Below are positions 56,320 through 64,000 of a stretch of 64,000 bases of DNA, in pieces. A program made the position numbers and the translations under genes. The notes beneath the pieces were generated by a model. That model was not told the origin of the DNA. It ran no database searches and worked only from the letters and a program-made list of their open reading frames with translations. The DNA is from a virus. Every line of letters starts with the position of its first letter. Position 1 is the stretch's first letter. The stretch is taken from IMG/VR virus record IMGVR_UViG_3300020463_000009, positions 45,064-109,063 of that record, one strand, 5' to 3'.

Positions 56320-58322
56320 TGAGTAGATACAGAAAAACATTTAAAGAGGCAATGGCTGAAGTACAACTTAATGAAGTTGGTTATTTGCAATCTAAATTAA
56401 ACGACAGACAAATTCAAAATATCAAAAAAATTTGGCAATTTAAAACCAAAAAAGATATAACACCAGCAGTTAAAAAGATGATTAAGAATATGGATCCAAT
56501 AACTCAAGGTGCAATTAAAGACGCAGGTATAAATCTATTATCAGACATTGCTGAAGGCATTATTGCTGAAGGTAGAATGTCAGAGATTGACGCTATGCAA
56601 AAAGCAGGTAAGTCAGCGGCTGAGATTGCTAAACTTATGAAACTACCTGTTAAAACGGTAAAAAGTATTTTAGGTGAAGAAGATGGTGATTCTGCTCAAG
56701 ATATGAATGACGCAAAACCAGGTAAAGAAAAAATTAGAGAAGAAGACGAAAAAGAAAAAGAAGAAGATAAGAAAAAGAAAGATAAAGAAGATATAGCTCC
56801 TGATAATGATGTACCAGTAGAAACTAAAAAAGAAGATAGTAAAGGTACAGAAAAATTAGAAGCTGAAATAGAAAAAAAAGATAACGAAATTCAATCTCTG
56901 AAAGTAAAAGCAGAAACAGAAAAAGCAAAAGCAACAAAAAAAGAAACTGAAAAAATGGTAAATCCTGAAACAGGCGAACCATTATTACAAATCGGTGTTG
57001 CATACAAACATCTTAAAGATAAGATGGAAAGAGAAAAAGTAAAAAAAGAAGAAGTCGAATTAGATGAAGTTGCTAACTTTACAGCAACTATGTTAAAAAC
57101 TCTCAAAAAAGAATACGAACCAATGAGAGGTAAAAAAATTACAGCTGCTAGAGCCAGACAATTAATGAATATACTTGATAAGTTAAATGACGCAAACTTA
57201 AATATTTTAAGTAAAGCAAATATACCTTTTGTATCTAGTGGTTCTACATCTAAATTAATGGTTAGAAAAATGAAAGTTAAGGTTACTGATATAGACCCTT
57301 TCAAAGAAGAAATAGAATATGATGAAGATATGTTTGAAGCTTGTTGGACAGGTTATAAACAAGTTGGTTTCAAGAAAAAAGGTGGTAAACAAGTACCTAA
57401 TTGTGTGCCTGAAGAAATAGAAGAAGGCAGATTTACTAAATTACATAACTTACTAATTCAAAAAGGCCGAATGGCACAAGCTAAAGATAATCAAGGTGAA
57501 AAAAGAACAGATGTCGAAATTGCAAAACAAAAGAAAATGCTTGGTATAAATGAAGTTTTAAATAAAGATGATGAAAAAGTTGTATCTAAAGTAAAAGATA
57601 TGTTAAAAGGTGCTAGTGAAAAACATAAAAGTCAAGCCAAAGAATTAGACAAAGCATTAAAAAATGAAATGAAAAAAGATGACGCTTACGCAATAGGTAT
57701 GGCACAGGCTAAAAAAGTTATGAATGATGAGCCACCTTTAGAAAAGAAAACAATTAAAAAAGGTCACGAAATTGCAGATAAGATTTTAAATAAAGAAGAA
57801 ACAATTAAAGAATTTAAAAAGATGACGGTTTATGTAAAAGACCAAAATAAAAGAAACAAAGCGATTGATGACCTAAAAAAACAAAAATTTAAAGTAGATG
57901 TTTTTGGTGATAAAATTCACGTTGATGGCAAAGGTGCAGACCTGAACAAATATGCTACTGACCTTAAAAATTTTTATGGTGCTAATATTGATATCAAAAA
58001 AGAAAATGCGCCAACGGCTGCTGATATGGATAGATTAAAAAAACAAGGTATGAAACCTAAAATGAAAAACGAAGACCACCCAGCAAAAGAAATTTATGAA
58101 CAGATTAAGGGTTTAAAAAACAAGGCTGAAAAATCAGGTATGCCATATGGTATACTTAAAAAAGTATATGATAGAGGAATGGCAGCTTGGCGAGGTGGCC
58201 ACAGACCAGGTGCAACACAGCAACAATGGGCTTTTGCTAGAGTAAATTCATTTGTTACCAAATCAAGTGGTACTTGGGGTGGTGCAGATAAAGATTTAGC
58301 TAAACAAGTAAAGGGAAAATAA
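56319..58322 (+). CDS. K/E-rich modular putative internal head protein
   Basis: EACWTGYKQVG.KKKGGKQVPNCVP and LKNKAEKSG..VYDRGMAAW..HRPGATQQQWAFARVNSF modules. Confidence 0.7.
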   Translation: MSRYRKTFKEAMAEVQLNEVGYLQSKLNDRQIQNIKKIWQFKTKKDITPAVKKMIKNMDPITQGAIKDAGINLLSDIAEGIIAEGRMSEIDAMQKAGKSAAEIAKLMKLPVKTVKSILGEEDGDSAQDMNDAKPGKEKIREEDEKEKEEDKKKKDKEDIAPDNDVPVETKKEDSKGTEKLEAEIEKKDNEIQSLKVKAETEKAKATKKETEKMVNPETGEPLLQIGVAYKHLKDKMEREKVKKEEVELDEVANFTATMLKTLKKEYEPMRGKKITAARARQLMNILDKLNDANLNILSKANIPFVSSGSTSKLMVRKMKVKVTDIDPFKEEIEYDEDMFEACWTGYKQVGFKKKGGKQVPNCVPEEIEEGRFTKLHNLLIQKGRMAQAKDNQGEKRTDVEIAKQKKMLGINEVLNKDDEKVVSKVKDMLKGASEKHKSQAKELDKALKNEMKKDDAYAIGMAQAKKVMNDEPPLEKKTIKKGHEIADKILNKEETIKEFKKMTVYVKDQNKRNKAIDDLKKQKFKVDVFGDKIHVDGKGADLNKYATDLKNFYGANIDIKKENAPTAADMDRLKKQGMKPKMKNEDHPAKEIYEQIKGLKNKAEKSGMPYGILKKVYDRGMAAWRGGHRPGATQQQWAFARVNSFVTKSSGTWGGADKDLAKQVKGK

Positions 58323-58323
58323 A

Positions 58324-58596
58324 ATGGGATATTTAAATAACAAACCTGGTAGTATTGAAGAAGTTGTAAATAACTTATCAAAACATATGACAGAAAATGA
58401 ATATCAAAAGATGTTCAAAAAAGAATTAGAGAAAACTGGTAAAGGTATCGGTTCTATGTCACCTAAAGAAAAAAAAGATTTCTTTAATATGATTGATAAA
58501 AAATACAAAAAAGAATCAGACCAAGGTGGACAGACAATGACAGGTATGAAAAAGACCAAAGTTGAAACTGAACCAGAAATAAAATACAATAAATAA
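58324..58596 (+). CDS. hypothetical protein
   Basis: 90 aa ORF. Confidence 0.6.
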   Translation: MGYLNNKPGSIEEVVNNLSKHMTENEYQKMFKKELEKTGKGIGSMSPKEKKDFFNMIDKKYKKESDQGGQTMTGMKKTKVETEPEIKYNK

Positions 58597-58605
58597 AAAA
58601 AACGC

Positions 58606-58633
58606 TTGCCATACTATCCTAATATGTTATAGT
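58606..58633 (+). promoter_or_regulatory. sigma70-type promoter
   Basis: TTGCCA-N16-TATAGT with TG extension. Confidence 0.5.
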
Positions 58634-58653
58634 AATAGTATGAAAGGACCACT

Positions 58654-59130
58654 ATGAAAAAAATATATTGTGATATGGATGGCGTCCTTGTTGACTTTGT
58701 AAAAGGTGCTGAAAAACAAACAGGTAAATCTATTACAAAGTGGGCTCAAGGAAGTAAATCCGAAAAATGGGGACAGATAAAAGCTAACCCTAATTTCTGG
58801 CGAGACCTACCTTGGATGTCTGGAGGTAAACAACTCTGGAACTTCTTAAAAAATAAAGATGTAGAAATACTATCAGCATATGTAGAAGATACATATGATA
58901 AAAATTGTATACCAGGTAAAAAGTTTTGGGCTACAAAAAATCTAGGTATCTCATCTAGTAAAATAAACCTAGTAAGACGAGTACAAAAACAACAATTCGC
59001 AGATAAAAATTCAATTCTCATTGACGACTATCCTAAAAATGTCAATGACTTTAGAGCCAGAGGTGGTCAAGGTATTGTCCATAATGGCGACACTTCAAGA
59101 ACTTTAAGACTTCTTAAATCCCTCCTATAA
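58654..59130 (+). CDS. HAD-family 5'(3')-nucleotidase-like phosphatase
   Basis: IYCDMDGVLVDF, ILS, K, ILIDD. Confidence 0.88.
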   Translation: MKKIYCDMDGVLVDFVKGAEKQTGKSITKWAQGSKSEKWGQIKANPNFWRDLPWMSGGKQLWNFLKNKDVEILSAYVEDTYDKNCIPGKKFWATKNLGISSSKINLVRRVQKQQFADKNSILIDDYPKNVNDFRARGGQGIVHNGDTSRTLRLLKSLL

Positions 59131-59143
59131 AATAGTATTTCCT

Positions 59144-59151
59144 TATAAATA
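59144..59151 (+). promoter_or_regulatory. T4-type late promoter TATAAATA
   Basis: Exact intergenic consensus. Confidence 0.8.
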
Positions 59152-59206
59152 GTGGTACACATTAAAAATTGAGTACCAATAATTAAACTTAAAGGGAGAG
59201 AATACT

Positions 59207-59497
59207 ATGTCATCACATACTAATAAAGACGAAGCTGCTGGAGCACCATTATGGGCTGTAGCTGCTATCAGAAAAGAGCCTACTTCGGCTAATAGAACTG
59301 ATTTGTTCGGTGATACAACTGCTAACAACTTTATAACAGGGGTTACTATGGGTCTTTTTAATTTCAAAGACACAGAAACACAATCTGGTAAAATTGCACA
59401 CGCTGGTTGGAATCTAAAAACAACTGGTTCTGGTGGTAGAGCAAGTAGAATTCAGTTTGAAACATTAGTTGCATTAACTAACTCAGCTGACGCTTAA
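59207..59497 (+). CDS. putative virion structural protein
   Basis: HAGWNL..GSGGRASRIQFETLVAL; late promoter. Confidence 0.65.
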   Translation: MSSHTNKDEAAGAPLWAVAAIRKEPTSANRTDLFGDTTANNFITGVTMGLFNFKDTETQSGKIAHAGWNLKTTGSGGRASRIQFETLVALTNSADA

Positions 59498-59513
59498 TAA
59501 TCAATAAACATAG

Positions 59514-59545
59514 GGGTAGGAACTATGTTCCTGCCCTTATAAATA
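59514..59545 (+). promoter_or_regulatory. hairpin followed by late promoter TATAAATA
   Basis: GGGTAGGAAC-tat-GTTCCTGCCC, then TATAAATA at 59538-59545. Confidence 0.7.
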
Positions 59546-59611
59546 TATTAACAAAGTGATTGTATCAACTGGTACAAGTAGCATACCCATAAGGGTTTTT
59601 AGGAGAAAAAA

Positions 59612-60073
59612 ATGGCAGATAAGAAAATCACACAGCTTACCGATTTAGGTAACGCATTAGCTTCGGTTGACCTATTTCATATAGTAGATGACCCAAGCGG
59701 AACACCAATCAATAAAAAAGTAAGTGCGGCTTCTGTTTTCAATAACATACCTAGTTTTTTAGGATTAGGACAAGCTTCACAACAATTAACAACTGACGGT
59801 TCAACGGTTTCAGCGGCTGATGTAACCTCAGCAATAACTGAAATTAACGCAACAAACCAAGCAGGTACTATTTCATTAGCAAATGGTTCTGATGGTCAAA
59901 TTAAAACATTTATTAATACGTCAACATCCGGCACATTTGCGGCTACGATAACACCTACAAGTTTGAGAGGTCATACTAGTATGGTAATATCTGGTCCAGG
60001 TAAAACCGTTCAATGTATTTTCAAGAATGGCTCTTGGAATATTTTGGGTGGTAATGCATATACGGTTGTTTAA
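59612..60073 (+). CDS. putative virion structural protein
   Basis: MADKKITQLTDL..DLFHIVDDPSGTPINKKV, LANGSDGQIK. Confidence 0.65.
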   Translation: MADKKITQLTDLGNALASVDLFHIVDDPSGTPINKKVSAASVFNNIPSFLGLGQASQQLTTDGSTVSAADVTSAITEINATNQAGTISLANGSDGQIKTFINTSTSGTFAATITPTSLRGHTSMVISGPGKTVQCIFKNGSWNILGGNAYTVV

Positions 60074-60097
60074 TATTAATATTGATTGGAGTATATA

Positions 60098-60328
60098 ATG
60101 ACAATATCAATTAAAGAGTTAGAAACTGAACGTGAAAAATTAAAGAAGGACTTTGACGATTTAAAAAATAACATTGGCAAAGTAGAAGTAGATTTAGGAG
60201 CTATGAAAAGTAATTTAAATGCTTTAAATGGTGCAATACAATTTGCTACTAATTTAATAACTACAGCAAGTGCTCGTGAAAACGAAATTGCTGGTAAAAA
60301 CGTAAAGAAAAAAAATGAAAAAATTTAA
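60098..60328 (+). CDS. coiled-coil hypothetical protein
   Basis: Heptad pattern, LNALNGAIQ; GGAG RBS before ATG 60098. Confidence 0.6.
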   Translation: MTISIKELETEREKLKKDFDDLKNNIGKVEVDLGAMKSNLNALNGAIQFATNLITTASARENEIAGKNVKKKNEKI

Positions 60329-60521
60329 ATCTTTTATAGAAGATAAAAATTTAGATGACTTTGAGGAAGATGTTTTAGGTGAAAAAGCACCTAATACTGC
60401 TGACGCTATGAAGCGTCATAAAGCAGGCAAGGCTGGTTTTACAGATAAAGCACACCTTAAAGCAAAAGGTTTGATACCAAGAGCCGATGGTTCTAAAAAA
60501 GTATCAGACAAGTATAAGTAA
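60315..60521 (+). CDS. putative internal head protein
   Basis: MKKFKSFIE N-terminus. Confidence 0.55.
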   Translation: MKKFKSFIEDKNLDDFEEDVLGEKAPNTADAMKRHKAGKAGFTDKAHLKAKGLIPRADGSKKVSDKYK

Positions 60522-60532
60522 GGAAAGGGAAA

Positions 60533-60970
60533 ATGAAAACTTTTAAACAACATATAAACATTAAAGAAACACTTGACGGTGGTCACGTTGGAACACCAGA
60601 TGTTGCCTCTTTTGAAGATGGTAGTATTGGTCCTCATAACGTTCAAGACGCCGAGGTTTTAAAAAGAATAAATGGTTTCTTGGGTGGAACAGCTATGAAA
60701 GAATATATGACAGCTCAACACGCAGTAGAAGAAATCAGAAACAACCTAATGAAAATTGGTTTGTTTGTACCTAATCAACAAGCAACTGGTGATAAAGGTA
60801 ACTTTACAGCCGAGGTAAAATTTGGTGGAGGAAGATTTGGCAAGGACGTAGATGGTTCTGATATTAATGATGATGGTATTTCTCACAAAAAAGAAGGCGG
60901 TTTAAAGCTTCAAGTTGAATACGAAACATTAAAAACAGGAATGTCTAAAGTTTACGCTAAACTAGTGTAA
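60533..60970 (+). CDS. putative internal head protein
   Basis: MKTFKQHINIKE N-terminus. Confidence 0.6.
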   Translation: MKTFKQHINIKETLDGGHVGTPDVASFEDGSIGPHNVQDAEVLKRINGFLGGTAMKEYMTAQHAVEEIRNNLMKIGLFVPNQQATGDKGNFTAEVKFGGGRFGKDVDGSDINDDGISHKKEGGLKLQVEYETLKTGMSKVYAKLV

Positions 60971-61333
60971 ATGTTTGAACAGATAACCAAACAAAACTGG
61001 TTGTTATATGCAATGCATAATTATGACAACCCTACTCTTGAAAAACAACAAGAGTTTGATGATGATATAAAGAGATTTAAATATCTCAAGCGATTATTTC
61101 GTAAGTATGAAACACTAGGCGAAATAAAGATACGATTGATACTAAATCATATTATATTATTAAATAATGTTTTTGGTGCTGAAGCTTGTATGACTTTATT
61201 ATTATTTAAGATTGATAAACAATACTGGCCAATACTAAAATCTGTTTGTGGTTATCTAGGTTATCTATATCCTCACGAATTAAATGAGGTAGATGAAGAC
61301 CAAGCAATTACAGGAATGCTAAAGGAACTATAA
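60971..61333 (+). CDS. conserved T4-like hypothetical protein
   Basis: YAMHNYDNP..EF.DDIKRFKYLKRLF..RLILNHII.L.NVFG. Confidence 0.75.
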   Translation: MFEQITKQNWLLYAMHNYDNPTLEKQQEFDDDIKRFKYLKRLFRKYETLGEIKIRLILNHIILLNNVFGAEACMTLLLFKIDKQYWPILKSVCGYLGYLYPHELNEVDEDQAITGMLKEL

Positions 61334-61812
61334 TGAGTAGAGGAATTGATTTATTAATTACTTACAGAGTTATCAAATTATTGGTAACACCGTTTGAAAA
61401 AATGCCAGCGTTTAAAAAAGGTATTATAGACGCAGACGGTAAAGTATTAATAAAATTTAAAAAGGTTCAAGGTAATGATAAAAAACATTATACTATTTTA
61501 CATAGGTTTGTTTTTAATTTAAAAAGAATATTAAAAAAGGTAGGACTTGGTTCAAGACTAGGTTCATTTGCTGTCGCATTAGCATTATTAATTAAAGAAG
61601 ATAAAAGTTTTGCTCTGTATAAAGACGCCATAGAATCTGGTGTCATTATGTATCTAAAAGAACAAGGCCAATATGAAAACTTGTTAAAAGAAGAAGGCGA
61701 AGTGCCTTCTATGATTTTTGAACAAGAGCCATATATGACTTGTTTTGGTATTGATGTATATGATTTAGGAGGAGAATTAATCTCGGAGAAAGAATATGCC
61801 CAAACACTATAA
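61333..61812 (+). CDS. conserved T4-like hypothetical protein
   Basis: YRVIKLLVTPF..AFKKGIID.DG..HRFVFNLKRIL. Confidence 0.75.
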   Translation: MSRGIDLLITYRVIKLLVTPFEKMPAFKKGIIDADGKVLIKFKKVQGNDKKHYTILHRFVFNLKRILKKVGLGSRLGSFAVALALLIKEDKSFALYKDAIESGVIMYLKEQGQYENLLKEEGEVPSMIFEQEPYMTCFGIDVYDLGGELISEKEYAQTL

Positions 61813-62167
61813 AGAAATGATGGACGAAATCATCAATAAGATGGATGAAGACGCACCAGCAAATTCAGTCGCAGGTGGTGGAGTTGATATGGCTCCAAAT
61901 GCAAAACACCCATTAACAAAATCTCATAATAAATATCAAAAGAAAAATAAAGACGCTGAAAATGTTTTAAAAGATTTGATTATGAAAAGAATGGGGAGTA
62001 ATGTAAAAGAACATAACGATAATAATAATATAGTTTTAAAAGGTGTTTTAAACACACTAGATAGAATAGATGAAAAAGTTGATAAGTTATCAGGTATTAT
62101 TAGAGAAGAAGTTAAGATAGTAGAAATAGAAGATAAAATAACTTTAAGAGAAAAATCTAAAGTATGA
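61796..62167 (+). CDS. hypothetical protein
   Basis: EDAPANSVAGGGV motif. Confidence 0.65.
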   Translation: MPKHYKEMMDEIINKMDEDAPANSVAGGGVDMAPNAKHPLTKSHNKYQKKNKDAENVLKDLIMKRMGSNVKEHNDNNNIVLKGVLNTLDRIDEKVDKLSGIIREEVKIVEIEDKITLREKSKV

Positions 62168-62745
62168 GAAGTTTCAAAGAATATATATCGGGGTTTAGTA
62201 TAGGTCCAACCTCTCACTTGGCACCTATAGCTAGTCTAGGTGATACACCACCTAAAGGCGCTCAACATAGGTCAAAAAGAGCAGTCGGTATAAATGCTAA
62301 TACAGATAAAACTTTGTATATGAAACTTTTGAGAAAGGCTATGTCAACAATGCCTGGTTCTCAAAAACAAAAAGAGATTAAAAAAGAAATAGAAAAAGTA
62401 CAAAAAAGATTAGGTATTAAAAAAGAAGATACAAATAGAATACCAAGAAAACCTGGTCAAAAAGCAGGTTCGGATAAACACTCTGATTTATATACAGATG
62501 AAAATCCAAAAGGTACAATACACGGTTTAGGTTTTACAGATTCAAAAAAAGCAAGAGAGTCAGTAAACAAAATAAAAAATTCTGGTAAAACTCACGCTCA
62601 CAAAATGCAGGCTGCTATTGCAATGTCGCAAAGAGCTAAAGTCGCAAGTGAAAGAGCAAAGGATCCTGAAAAGAAAAAAAATCTAGGTCAGGCTCATAAG
62701 ATTTATCAGACTTATATAGATACTAATAAAAAAAGTAAGGATTAA
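62164..62745 (+). CDS. putative internal head protein
   Basis: MRSFKEYI N-terminus; HSDLYTDENPKGTIHGLGF. Confidence 0.65.
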   Translation: MRSFKEYISGFSIGPTSHLAPIASLGDTPPKGAQHRSKRAVGINANTDKTLYMKLLRKAMSTMPGSQKQKEIKKEIEKVQKRLGIKKEDTNRIPRKPGQKAGSDKHSDLYTDENPKGTIHGLGFTDSKKARESVNKIKNSGKTHAHKMQAAIAMSQRAKVASERAKDPEKKKNLGQAHKIYQTYIDTNKKSKD

Positions 62746-62746
62746 T

Positions 62747-63331
62747 ATGGAACTATTAATTAGTTTAGCAATGAAATTTTGGCAATGGTCAATAGTTATA
62801 GCAGTTATAGTAATTGGTTTTATTATAAACTTGTTTGACAAAAAGAAAGCAAAGTGTAATACTTTTGCTTATACGGCTATGCCATCAATGAAACCTCTAC
62901 CTATCAAAACAAAAGGTAAGGGTTTTTTTAAAGGTGTACTTTTATGGTTACTAGGTACGAGACAATGGGAAATAGCAAATGATTGGGAATATACTTTAAA
63001 CGGAAACAAATACGTTATACCAGCAGGTTTTAAATTTGATGGTGCTAGTATACCTAAATTTTTGCATACGTTCTTGTCGCCAGTAGGTGTTTTATTAATG
63101 GGTGGTCTTGTTCACGACTATGCATATAAATATGAAACACTATTAAGAGCAAACAAAAGAGATACACTAGGTAAAATATCTCAAAAAAGAGCAGATGAAA
63201 TCTTTAGAGATATTAATATAGAGAACAATGGCTTTTATGTAATGAACTGGTTAGCTTACTGGTCATTAAGATTGGGTGGCTTCGTGGCGTGGAACGGTCA
63301 TAGAAAAAGAAACTCAAAAATAGGAGAGTAA
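62747..63331 (+). CDS. DUF1353-family protein with N-terminal TM
   Basis: IPAGFKFDGASIP, LVHDYAY, RADEIF. Confidence 0.8.
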   Translation: MELLISLAMKFWQWSIVIAVIVIGFIINLFDKKKAKCNTFAYTAMPSMKPLPIKTKGKGFFKGVLLWLLGTRQWEIANDWEYTLNGNKYVIPAGFKFDGASIPKFLHTFLSPVGVLLMGGLVHDYAYKYETLLRANKRDTLGKISQKRADEIFRDINIENNGFYVMNWLAYWSLRLGGFVAWNGHRKRNSKIGE

Positions 63332-63332
63332 T

Positions 63333-63443
63333 ATGTTTACTACAATAGCTTTTATAATTGGTTTTATAGCAGGTTGGTTTGTTAACGAAAAACTAGAAGA
63401 CTTGACTGCTATGGCTAAAAAGTTAAAATTTTGGAAAAAGTAA
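63333..63443 (+). CDS. small single-TM protein (36 aa, not in ORF track)
   Basis: MFTTIAFIIGFIAGWFVNEK..KKLKFWKK; AGGAG RBS. Confidence 0.55.
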   Translation: MFTTIAFIIGFIAGWFVNEKLEDLTAMAKKLKFWKK

Positions 63444-63444
63444 G

Positions 63445-63924
63445 ATGATTTTTGGAAGTATGAGAATGATAATGATAGGTGTTATGGTTGCCGGCCTTGC
63501 CGGCGCCGGCGCCTATGTATTTAAGTTAAGAGCTGATAATGCTATATTAAAAGCAAATGCAGTTAAATTAGAATCTGCTATATCAGAGCAGAAACAACTT
63601 ATAGAAAAACAACAAAAAGATTTTAAAGAAATTTTAGAAGCAAATAAAAAATTTAATGAGTTAGTGAATGCTCTTAAAAAAGATATAGATGATTTAGATA
63701 ATAGATTTAACAAAGATGGAAGAGACTTTGGTAAACTTGCAATAGAGAAAACAGAAACGATACAGAGAATAATTAATGGAGCAAGTGATAAAGTATTAAG
63801 ATGTGTTGAGATAGCAGGTGGGGCACCACTTACTGAAGAAGAACTTAACGCAACTAAAAAATCAGAAATTAACAGAGAGTGTCCCTCAATAGCGAACCCG
63901 AATTATGTACCGTATAATAATTAG
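63445..63924 (+). CDS. putative inner-membrane spanin
   Basis: N-terminal TM, coiled coil, C-terminal cysteines; overlaps a lipoprotein gene. Confidence 0.65.
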   Translation: MIFGSMRMIMIGVMVAGLAGAGAYVFKLRADNAILKANAVKLESAISEQKQLIEKQQKDFKEILEANKKFNELVNALKKDIDDLDNRFNKDGRDFGKLAIEKTETIQRIINGASDKVLRCVEIAGGAPLTEEELNATKKSEINRECPSIANPNYVPYNN

Positions 63925-64000
63925 TATTTTAGTAATTTTGTTTTTAACTGGCTGTTCAGGCGTTAAAAAATTAAGTATCTTCAAAGAAGAAGTACCTAGA
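63905..64000 (+). CDS. putative outer-membrane spanin lipoprotein (3' truncated, not in ORF track)
   Basis: MYRIIISILVILFLTGC signal peptide with lipobox LTGC. Confidence 0.65.
   Translation, partial: MYRIIISILVILFLTGCSGVKKLSIFKEEVPR

Noticed and set aside
63490-63513. GC-rich palindrome GCCGGCGCCGGC
   Set aside because: Explained by Ala-Gly codons in the spanin TM segment; single occurrence
581-63713. Minus-strand and nested alternative-frame ORFs in the six-frame track
   Set aside because: Short shadows of long, well-supported + strand genes, with no recognisable motifs
1-64000. CRISPR array, IS elements, DGR repeats or stop-codon recoding
   Set aside because: No spaced direct repeats, transposase or reverse transcriptase seen; core genes are intact in the standard code and use TAA, TAG and TGA stops

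Overview
64 kb from the core of an AT-rich T4-like myovirus genome, with essentially every gene on the + strand. Gene content resembles pelagiphage HTVC008M-like phages, so an alphaproteobacterial (SAR11-like) marine host is likely (inference). Gene order: RCC1-repeat proteins; heme oxygenase plus PcyX-type bilin reductase; neck, terminase, tail and head genes (gp13-gp23, gp3); uvsY, uvsW, gp55, gp47, gp46; peptide deformylase, DUF4338 protein, MazG, VWA/MoxR pair, ribosomal protein bS21, a structured non-coding region, Hsp20 and an atypical tRNA-Gly(ACC); replisome (gp45, 44, 62, regA, RimK fusion, ferredoxin, gp43); a GNAT/MT-A70/DUF4338 cluster; uvsX and gp41; a late cassette of enzymes with T4-type capsid-targeting N-termini; and spanins. 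Leading hypothesis: an aminoacyl-tRNA-dependent DNA hypermodification system. It would pair an apparently non-translating tRNA-Gly, co-transcribed with the sliding clamp, with two DUF4338 (putative Mom/GNAT-like) enzymes. The window also shows strong context-dependent avoidance of CATG, ACWGT, WGATC and WGATGC. Other highlights are a multi-pseudoknot ncRNA candidate behind bS21, and ligase, kinase, nucleotidyltransferase and RimK enzymes that may be packaged in the capsid. All motif surveys were done by eye and no database searches were run.
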